Below, in pieces: positions 53,606 through 64,000 of a stretch of 64,000 nucleotides of DNA. Below the pieces are notes generated by a model. It was not told where the DNA came from. It worked only from the letters and a program-made list of their open reading frames with translations, and did no database searches. The position numbers were made by a program, and so were the translations under genes. Each line of letters opens with the position of its first letter. The stretch's first letter is position 1. The DNA is from an uncultured Gammaproteobacteria bacterium (GTDB taxonomy: Bacteria > Patescibacteriota > Patescibacteriia > Magasanikbacterales > GWA2-37-8). Location of the stretch: contig CAZWKA010000003.1 in NCBI GenBank assembly GCA_964634875.1, forward strand, positions 16,591-80,590, written 5' to 3'.

Positions 53606-53822
53606 ACCAGAAAATTAGGATAGAAAGCGCCATTTTTACTCTTCGAGTATACTGTATATCTTAGTTCTTGACAAAGTCTTTTTTCCCTCGAATCCTTCTT
53701 ACTTATCAACAGGCATTCATAGCCCTGAGCGCTCTTTTTTGGTATACTATGAGTACTTCAAAGCCTCTTTATCTCTTGCTGCAACGACTAAAAAGTAAAA
53801 GACTTTTGAGTATTTTCACGTT

Positions 53823-54998
53823 ATGTTTTTTTCCAAGCCAAAGTCTTTTTTAGGCATTGATTTTGGAGCTGGCGGCATTAAGCTTGTTGAGCTCAAACAA
53901 GAAAAGAATCGTCCGGTTCTTTTTACGTACGCAATTGCTCTTGAATCACAGGACATCCATCGTGTTTTGAAGCCGGGCGCTGAACGAACGCTTGGGGATC
54001 TGTTGAAAGAAAAAACCTTACCGGAAACGCGTCCGGCGAGCCAGGTTCAGACTGAAACAGTTGCCGCCCCAGAAGACGGCCTCGATGCGGCGAAGATTGC
54101 ACGTTATGCAGCGCTTATCCGATCGGTTTGCAAACAGGCGCGTACCGTGAGCACGACGGCGGTAGTCAGTTTGCCGGTGTCAGCAGTGTTCCACACTATT
54201 GTTAATTTGCCGATTGTTAAAAAGGATGAGATTGATGCTCTTTTAAAAGCCGAGATACGCAAATTACTGCCGTATAAGCTGGAAGACACCGCCCTTGATT
54301 ATGAGCTTTTGCCGCACGCACCTGATGCTAAGGTGCAGACGGTTTTAGTCAATGCGGTTCCGAATAGCATGGTTTTGTTTTTTTCCAAGGTTTTTCAGCA
54401 GGCTGGTCTAAAGTTACATGCTTTAGAACCTGAATCAGTAGCTCTGGCTCGTTCGCTTATTGGCCGCGATACAGCGCTCACAATGATTATCGATATTGGT
54501 GCGGAGCGAACAAATTTTTTTATCATTGATCAGACCGTCCCGATTACGCACCATAGCATCGAGCTCGGGGGCAACAGAATAAATAAAAACCTGGCGAACA
54601 TGCTCGGAGTTGATGATGGTGTGGTAGAACGCCTAAAAGAAGACCTTTTTAATTACCTGCTCCGGTACCCTGAAACAGCTGGTATTGGTCGTGAAAAGTT
54701 TTTAGCATTGTTTACGACTGTGGTTGATCCGATAATGAAAGAGATTGCCTATAGTTTCAACTTGTATCTGCGGCAAACCTGGAATGAAGCCAAGCGTCCG
54801 GAAAAAATTATTTTGACTGGTGGCGGCGGGTTATTTCCTTTTTTAGCTGATTTTATTAGTGAAACCTTTAAGATCAAATGCTATATTGGTGACCCTTGGG
54901 GACGCGTGGTCTATCCCGACACTTTAAAGCCCGTGCTGCGTGATATCGGGCCACGTATGGCGGTTGCGATTGGCCTTGCGCTCAAGAATCTGGTATAA
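53823..54998 (+). CDS. pilM: type IV pilus assembly protein PilM (actin-like ATPase fold)
   Basis: N-terminal LGIDFGAGGIKLVEL. Overall actin/Hsp70-like pattern with a C-terminal ILTGGGG. Confidence 0.75.
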   Translation: MFFSKPKSFLGIDFGAGGIKLVELKQEKNRPVLFTYAIALESQDIHRVLKPGAERTLGDLLKEKTLPETRPASQVQTETVAAPEDGLDAAKIARYAALIRSVCKQARTVSTTAVVSLPVSAVFHTIVNLPIVKKDEIDALLKAEIRKLLPYKLEDTALDYELLPHAPDAKVQTVLVNAVPNSMVLFFSKVFQQAGLKLHALEPESVALARSLIGRDTALTMIIDIGAERTNFFIIDQTVPITHHSIELGGNRINKNLANMLGVDDGVVERLKEDLFNYLLRYPETAGIGREKFLALFTTVVDPIMKEIAYSFNLYLRQTWNEAKRPEKIILTGGGGLFPFLADFISETFKIKCYIGDPWGRVVYPDTLKPVLRDIGPRMAVAIGLALKNLV

Positions 54999-55050
54999 CT
55001 AAATGGTAAGCGAGTTCAGTTTTACACTAAATCACTATTAACCATAGTCT

Positions 55051-55431
55051 ATGGACAAAGATAAAGCTCATATTTTGCTGGTAGAGGATGATGTGTTTTT
55101 ATCGAATATCTATCAGAAAAAGTTTGAAATGGAGGGGTTCAAGATCAGTACTGCAGACAATGGTGAAAAAGGTTTGGCAGATGCAAAACGCAAGAAGCCA
55201 GATATTATTTTGCTTGATGTCCTGCTGCCCAAGCTCGATGGTTTTGCTGTGCTTGAAAAATTGAAAGAAGATCCGGCGACAAAAGAAATTCCTGTCATCC
55301 TCCTGACCAACCTCGGCCAGAAAGATGATGTAGAAAAAGGCTTAGAATCTGGTGCGGCTGATTATTTGATTAAAGCCCATTTCAAACCATCGGAAGTTGT
55401 GGATAAGGTGAAAAAAATATTGCAGCAGTAG
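55051..55431 (+). CDS. single-domain response regulator (CheY/PilH-like)
   Basis: ILLVEDD ... DIILLDVLLPKLDG ... LTN...K. Confidence 0.8.
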   Translation: MDKDKAHILLVEDDVFLSNIYQKKFEMEGFKISTADNGEKGLADAKRKKPDIILLDVLLPKLDGFAVLEKLKEDPATKEIPVILLTNLGQKDDVEKGLESGAADYLIKAHFKPSEVVDKVKKILQQ

Positions 55432-55502
55432 TCTGGCCGTGGTATACTTTTCTTGAAGTTACGTATGTTAGATTTCATTCTTCCACGAAAGGGGGTGACT
55501 CT

Positions 55503-55925
55503 ATGAAAAGACAAGGTTTTACTTTGATCGAATTACTCGTTGTTATCGCGATTATTGGACTTTTGTCCACGCTCGCGGTCGTCGCCCTTGGCTCAGCCAA
55601 AGTTAAGGCCAGAGATTCCAAACGGCTTTCGGATTTAAAACAACTCCAGACAGCGCTCGAACTATATTATACTGACCAGAATAATTATCCGACCGGTACA
55701 GCAGTTACGCTTGGTGCTGGCATGTACGAATGTCTCAACGCCTCCGGTTGGGCTGCGATTGGTTGTACTAACCCGTATATGGGTAAAGTTCCATCAGACC
55801 CTAATGGTAGCGCGTATGTATATACCTACGGGACAAATACATATACCATTACTGATACGCTCGAAGGTACGGTTAACGGTTTGACTGGTGCTATCCAGCT
55901 GACCCCTTCAGGTATTGGGCAATAA
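55503..55925 (+). CDS. type IV pilin (prepilin with class III signal)
   Basis: MKRQGFTLIELLVVIAIIGLL is the canonical G/FTLIE prepilin leader. Confidence 0.85.
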   Translation: MKRQGFTLIELLVVIAIIGLLSTLAVVALGSAKVKARDSKRLSDLKQLQTALELYYTDQNNYPTGTAVTLGAGMYECLNASGWAAIGCTNPYMGKVPSDPNGSAYVYTYGTNTYTITDTLEGTVNGLTGAIQLTPSGIGQ

Positions 55926-56034
55926 TTTTTAACACTGAAAAATCCCTTCCAACATTCCGAGGAGGGATTTTTTTGTTTTCCTTGTCTTTTAATCTTTTCT
56001 TTACTATACTACCGTTAGTTTTTACTTCTTCCTT

Positions 56035-56826
56035 ATGGAATTTTTTCTGACCAACTGGTTCACGTATGCCTTTGTTTTTTTCTGTGGCGTGATTTTGGGC
56101 AGCTTCCTTAATTCATGGATTTGGCGGGCGTGGGAAAATGTCCGGATCATTATGGGTCGTAGTATGTGTGTGCATTGTCGGCGTACTTTGGCGTGGTATG
56201 AGAATGTGCCGATCGTGAGTTTTTTGGCTCTTGGTGGTAAATGCCGAACGTGTTTACATCCAATCCCCAAGCATTATCCGTTAGTAGAAATAGCTATGGG
56301 AGTGCTGCTTACCCTTGTTTTTGCCTACCATGTTAGTCTGCCTGTTTTTAAGGTCGGGCTTTTTTGGCGCGACATTTTTTTTACTACGTTGCTCGTGGTT
56401 ATTTTTGTTTATGACGCTTTGTATATGATAATTTTGCCGCGCGTTGTTTGGCTCGGCGCAGTTGTTGGTTTTGTTTTTAATTATTTTGTTTTAGGCATAC
56501 CACTTCGTTCGTTGATTATAGGAGCTTTGATTGGTGGTGGTATTTTTTTGATCCAGTTTATTATTTCCCGGGGACGGTGGATTGGCGGGGGTGACGTGCG
56601 ATTGGGGTTTATGATGGGTGTGTGGCTTGGTTACCCGTCGATAGTCGTCGCCCTTTTTATCGCGTATGTTGTTGGGGCTATATGTGGTGTGCTGCTTCTT
56701 GCGTTTAAAAAGAAAACCTGGCAGGCTCAAATCCCTTTTGGAACCTTTTTGGCTATCGGTACTCTGGCGAGTCTGTATGGGGGAACGCACATTATTCAAT
56801 GGTACGTCGGTCTTATTGCTGGGTAG
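56035..56826 (+). CDS. pilD: prepilin peptidase (A24 family)
   Basis: CVHCRRTL...GKCRTC zinc cluster. Multi-TM. Asp-containing motifs. Confidence 0.85.
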   Translation: MEFFLTNWFTYAFVFFCGVILGSFLNSWIWRAWENVRIIMGRSMCVHCRRTLAWYENVPIVSFLALGGKCRTCLHPIPKHYPLVEIAMGVLLTLVFAYHVSLPVFKVGLFWRDIFFTTLLVVIFVYDALYMIILPRVVWLGAVVGFVFNYFVLGIPLRSLIIGALIGGGIFLIQFIISRGRWIGGGDVRLGFMMGVWLGYPSIVVALFIAYVVGAICGVLLLAFKKKTWQAQIPFGTFLAIGTLASLYGGTHIIQWYVGLIAG

Positions 56827-56853
56827 CCGACCAGATGTTGTATGTAGTTTGAA

Positions 56854-60022
<3,169 letters not shown>

Positions 60023-60094
60023 GAGGTCTCTTCACTAAAATACCCGGGTTTGTATACCCGGGTATTTTATTAGGTTTGGAATATTTTCTTTCTA

Positions 60095-60547
60095 TCAATA
60101 TAAAACTTTTAAAGTATGGGTCAAAGTCATGACTTTGTTTTTATCAGGACCAGTCACAACAATAAAATACCCCGGGCTCGAAACTGCGGCTTGAAAGCGC
60201 CCGGTAAGTTCGGTGGTCTGCATGTCGCCCTTATTAAATACCCAGGTCTCATCTTCAATAGGCTGTACTAAGACGGCAACGAGACTGGCAGCATCACCCC
60301 AGGCAGTGCCTGGAGCTCCGGAAACCGTTTCTTTGGTTTCAAAATAGTAGACCGGCGCGCGGTAACGGCCAGTGGCTGGATCGTGTTGTTTTATTACGGT
60401 AAAACCAGCTCCTGCGACAATGCTTTTAGAAACACGAGCAGGAATGACGGCTTCGTTTGTTGGTGTTGCTGCGTAGCCAGGAGCAATAAACAGGACGGTT
60501 CCTGCCAATCCAGACAAAAGAAGGGTTAAAATACGTTTGATAAGCAT
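60095..60547 (-). CDS. secreted protein of unknown function
   Basis: Signal peptide MLIKRILTLLLSGLAGTVLFIAPGYA. Confidence 0.45.
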   Translation of the reverse strand: MLIKRILTLLLSGLAGTVLFIAPGYAATPTNEAVIPARVSKSIVAGAGFTVIKQHDPATGRYRAPVYYFETKETVSGAPGTAWGDAASLVAVLVQPIEDETWVFNKGDMQTTELTGRFQAAVSSPGYFIVVTGPDKNKVMTLTHTLKVLY

Positions 60548-60630
60548 GTTGTTAGTATAGACAGCAAAGCAGGTTTTGTCGAGAGCTCCTGCATTGACGA
60601 AAGTAAAAAATTTTGCTAAACTAATGGCCT

Positions 60631-62091
60631 ATGACGCACGGCGACGTAATTATCCGTTTTGATAAGGTAACCTTTGGCTATAGCCATAACCGGCCGCTTC
60701 TTGAGGAGGCTAGTTTTTCGGTACGTGAAAATGCCAAAATTACAATCATGGGCCAAAACGGCGCTGGCAAAAGCACGATTTTTAAGATGATCACCCGGGA
60801 TTTGAAACCAGAAGAGGGTGCGGTACATACCGGAATTGACGCGAGTATTGCGATCGCTACTCAGGTCATGAAGGCTGAAAACCTAGATAAAACCATTGAG
60901 GAATTTTTTGCCCAAGTTTTTGATAAAAAAATGTATGACTTGCCAAAGCGGATTAAGTCTGTTTTGGATGTCGTCCACCTGAGCGCGCCCCTTGATAAAA
61001 AAATCCGCCAGTTTAGCGGCGGCCAGCAGGCTCGCCTTCTTTTGGCCTACGCCCTTATCCAGCAGCCAGATATTTTGCTCCTGGACGAACCAACCAATAA
61101 TTTGGATGCAGACGGTATTGCGCATCTGACGCAATTTTTGATCGAATATCCTAAGACTTGTTTGGTTATTTCACACGATGCTAATTTTTTGAATTCGTTC
61201 ACCCACGGTGTTTTATACCTTGATTCCTATACGCATAAAGTTGAACAGTATGTGGGTGACTATTATGAAGTGTTAGGTGAAATCGAAGCGCAGATTGAGC
61301 GTGAACGGATGAAAAACGCACAGCTTAAAAAGAGTATTCAGGATCGTAAAGATAAAATTAACTTCTTCTCCCACAAAGGCGGTAAGATGCGCGCCTTGGC
61401 AAGTAAATTGAAAGACCAGGTAGAAGAAGCTGAAGAAGAAATGGTTGATGAGCGCCAGGAAGATAAGACGATCAACGAATTTACTATTCCGGCGCAGACC
61501 GATATTGTCGGGCCGGTCGTGACGATCGATTCGGTGGGTATTATGGTTGGCCATGAGCCCGTTCGCAAGACGCTTGCCACACCACTTGAGGTGCGTAAAA
61601 AACAACGGTTAATCATTAAAGGGCCGAACGGTATTGGTAAGAGTACCTTTTTAGCAGCTCTCGCAAGCGGTGAAGAAGCGGGCGCAACTATCGCACCGGG
61701 TGCGCGCGTGGGATATTACCGGCAGGATTTTTCAGGGCTTGATTTTGATAAGACTGCGTACCGGGCGCTTGAAGAAATGATGGACCGCCCGTGGAACCAA
61801 GAAATTTACGCGACGGCTGCCCAGTTTTTATTGTCAGCGGATACGCTCAAAAATAAAGTGGGGTCACTGAGTGAAGGACAGAAAGGTTTGCTCTGTTATG
61901 CCCGATTTGTTTTACAAAAACCAGGTCTCCTTATTATGGACGAGCCAACTAACCATATTAATTTCCGTCATTTACCAATTATTGCGAAAGCCTTGGATCG
62001 ATTTGAAGGGGCGGTAATTGTGGTTAGTCATGCGCCGGAGTTTGTGGATGAGATGAAGTTTGACCAGACGCTTGATTTGGGGGCTTTGTAA
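60631..62091 (+). CDS. ABC-F family ATPase (tandem ABC domains, EttA/Uup-like)
   Basis: Two Walker A boxes (GQNGAGKST, GPNGIGKST) and two LSGGQ signatures, joined by a charged linker. Confidence 0.85.
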   Translation: MTHGDVIIRFDKVTFGYSHNRPLLEEASFSVRENAKITIMGQNGAGKSTIFKMITRDLKPEEGAVHTGIDASIAIATQVMKAENLDKTIEEFFAQVFDKKMYDLPKRIKSVLDVVHLSAPLDKKIRQFSGGQQARLLLAYALIQQPDILLLDEPTNNLDADGIAHLTQFLIEYPKTCLVISHDANFLNSFTHGVLYLDSYTHKVEQYVGDYYEVLGEIEAQIERERMKNAQLKKSIQDRKDKINFFSHKGGKMRALASKLKDQVEEAEEEMVDERQEDKTINEFTIPAQTDIVGPVVTIDSVGIMVGHEPVRKTLATPLEVRKKQRLIIKGPNGIGKSTFLAALASGEEAGATIAPGARVGYYRQDFSGLDFDKTAYRALEEMMDRPWNQEIYATAAQFLLSADTLKNKVGSLSEGQKGLLCYARFVLQKPGLLIMDEPTNHINFRHLPIIAKALDRFEGAVIVVSHAPEFVDEMKFDQTLDLGAL

Positions 62092-62107
62092 AAAATATTT
62101 AGAAAAA

Positions 62108-62135
62108 CAGGCTTAGGCCTGTTTTTTATTTTTGA
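62108..62135. terminator. bidirectional terminator
   Basis: AAACAGGC-ttag-GCCTGTTTTTTATTTTT. Confidence 0.75.
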
Positions 62136-62370
62136 TCAGTTTTATTTTTTCTTGCCGCGATAATTTTTTGATGGCAATTTCGCGCTTGAGGGCGGGGGAG
62201 AGGGTGCGGAAGTTTTCTTGGTGGACGAGTTTGACGGGGCGCCGAGCGCGAGTGTATTTGGCGCCGGTTTTTCCTTCGTTATGGTTTTTAATTCGTTTTT
62301 CGACATCGTTCGTATAGCCGGTGTAGAGGGTTTTGTCGGAGCATTCCAAAATGTAAACTGTGTATTTCAT
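62113..62370 (-). CDS. GIY-YIG nuclease family protein (YhbQ/UPF0213-type)
   Basis: YTVYILECSDKTLYTGYTNDVEKRIKNHN. Confidence 0.8.
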   Translation of the reverse strand: MKYTVYILECSDKTLYTGYTNDVEKRIKNHNEGKTGAKYTRARRPVKLVHQENFRTLSPALKREIAIKKLSRQEKIKLIKNKKQA

Positions 62371-62740
62371 ATTTGTTTATTTTAACATTTAAGACGTCGA
62401 AGTGTATAGCCTGCTCGTTACCTTTTTGGCAGCAAAAAGGTAACCGAAAAACTGCCCGAGCTGCTATCCGCTTCAGCACCACTTCGGATTCGTCGTCGCT
62501 CACCGGCCAATGTTCCTGCGCCGGAACTGTGGCCAGTGTGCCTCTGGGCACCGCTTCTCCTCATCTCGAAGCGGAGCTTCATCGGCTCGGGGCTCGGGGG
62601 AGTGGCGAAGTGAGCGTTGGTCGTGTGAGTGATTGTTTTTTAAAAACTAAAAAACAGCCTTTTTGAAAGCTGTTTTAGTAGGTGCCCCAGAGGTACGTGG
62701 GGCGGCGCTGCACGAAGGTGTGCGAGTGGGGTTCGGTTGG

Positions 62741-63681
62741 TCAGTAGTCCCGCAGGTCGCGGGTTTCGCGTCGCCAGATGCGGCGCTGGTCGCTCCGGTG
62801 CTGCCCGCTCGTGAGGCAGCCATGAAGCAGGTTGCGTCTGCTCCAGACGAAGCTCCGGAACTCTTGCTTCGTCATCTTCATGGACCGACGGAGCTTGATG
62901 ATGTTTCGGTGCCGGACTTCGTGGCCGCGGTTGTAGGACAGGTTGATGTGCTTCTGCTCTTCATCCTTCGAAGACGAATCAGAAGCGATCTTCTTGTCCC
63001 ACTTCGCTTCGAGGAGCTCGAGAGGGGTCAGCTCATCGAGCGGGTGCTTGAGGTACCGCTTCTCGAGCCACCGGACTTCGCGAGTCGATCCCTCTGCCTC
63101 CTTGCGGTGGCTGAGGTAGGCTCGCTGTTCCGCCTTGGTGAGGAGCTCGTGCTCCTTGTCCGTGATGCGCCCGGCGCACTTCAGCTGGTCGGCCTTGACC
63201 ATGGTGAGTCCGCCGATCGTTGGCCAGTCACCCCCTTGGATCTTGGCGAGTAGATCCTGGACTTCGGCGAAGGCTTCGTCGAGCACCTCGGCCCAGCGTG
63301 CCGCTTCCTCGGCCTGACGCTTGCGACTCGCTTCCTCGGCCGCTCGCTTGCGGTCTGCCTGTGCCGCCGTGATCGCGGGGTAGGCGGCTGTGGCTTGTTC
63401 GAGCCAGGTTGTAGTGGGCTGGTAGCTGTCGAGCACGCGGTTGATGAACTCCATGATCTCGTGGTCCACGTACTCGAGCTGCTTGAGCTCCTCGATCTTC
63501 CACTTCAGCTGCTGTGCTTCACGCCCGAGCCGGCGGCGCTCCAGTTCCCCGGAGCGCTCCAGTTCCATGCGCTGTTCAGCGGCCAGGCGCGCCTGTTCAG
63601 CATGCTTCGACCGCATGGTGTAGCTGCGGCCGCGGCTGAAGTAGGGTTGAGGTTCCATGACGATCTCGATCTTGCGTCCCA
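62741..63681 (-). CDS. coiled-coil-rich hypothetical protein encoded in a high-GC islet
   Basis: ATG at 63681 with GGAGAGA upstream. About 60% GC by eye. The long Arg/Glu/Ala-rich helical region suggests a coiled-coil. No catalytic motif recognised. Confidence 0.4.
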
Positions 63682-64000
63682 TGTGTCTCTCCTTGTGTGT
63701 ACGGTTGCCCGCACTCACGAGGATTGACTGGTGGGAATGGGTCAGGTCGTTCGTGCGGTTGTTCAAACAAAAAAGACTAACGTTGGAAACTCATTGGTCG
63801 CCTCCTTGTAAAAGTGCTCGTCGTACCGGACTATCCCGGTTGTTTCGACGGTTTTTGCTCTGTGGTTAGCCAAAGGGAAAAAACCGCTAAAACAAGGCAC
63901 GGAACAAGCCAGTATAGCACAAAAAACGGGTTTTGTCAACCCCCTTTAGGAAGCTCCTGTTACAGTTTTATTGAAGAAATTCGTTGATTTTTTGTTCGAT

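Noticed and set aside
62113-62370. GIY-YIG gene as a homing endonuclease of a group I intron
   Set aside because: The 85-aa protein is the stand-alone YhbQ/UPF0213-type nuclease and lacks the DNA-binding extensions of homing enzymes. No intron-like interruption of a host gene is seen.
62373-62666. Plus-strand ORF 62373..62666 (97 aa)
   Set aside because: It has no Shine-Dalgarno sequence, is Ser/Ala/Gly low-complexity, and the region is dominated by stable hairpins. It is more plausibly non-coding structured DNA/RNA or spacer within islet F.

Overview
This window looks like a small, AT-rich bacterial genome with a backbone of roughly 40-45% GC, estimated by eye and not computed.

The gene content points to a reduced-genome, monoderm-like lineage (inference: CPR/Patescibacteria-like). 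The backbone is almost entirely housekeeping: a 5'-truncated M16 peptidase, tpiA, a tRNA-Tyr/Thr/Thr cluster, secA, secD (with fused parvulin domains) and secF, folD, umuDC, dnaX, cysS, ligA, a Fur-family regulator with a znuABC-like operon plus rpmG, an ABC-F ATPase, a minimal type IV pilus set (PilM, a CheY-like receiver, pilin, PilD), a sortase with an LPXTG substrate, a cold-shock protein, NUDIX, DsbA-like, EVE, UDG family 4 and others.

The most striking feature is at least six short high-GC islets (about 55-66% GC) that interrupt this backbone. They lie at ~5.6-6.5 kb, 17.9-18.4 kb, 21.8-22.3 kb, 31.9-32.3 kb, 32.9-33.5 kb and 62.4-63.8 kb. Each carries a single small ORF, most of them antisense to the flanking genes, and several are bracketed by long hairpins or inverted repeats. 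Two of the islets encode similar proline-rich tail-anchored proteins. They may be horizontally acquired, possibly from a high-GC host or mobile element, but an assembly chimera cannot be excluded.

Other notable loci:
- An AT-rich two-gene cassette at 8172-9389 ending in a HEPN (Rx4H) protein, a candidate toxin/Abi module.
- A thrice-repeated ~27-bp operator-like motif built on the palindrome GCAAC-N3-GTTGC, placed in front of the Fur-family regulator gene and of a cluster of small secreted proteins, one of them His-rich. This looks like a putative metal regulon.
- A VirB4/FtsK-HerA-like membrane ATPase, together with an N-terminal-domain-only paralog that is preceded by a 53-aa two-helix membrane ORF, near the pilus genes. 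This is a candidate cryptic secretion or transfer apparatus.
- A SecD carrying two inserted parvulin-type PPIase domains.
- A 985-aa surface protein with a C-terminal peptidoglycan-binding domain.
- A CarF/PEDS1-like lipid desaturase behind a textbook sigma70 promoter.

No CRISPR array, rRNA, transposase or integrase was recognised.
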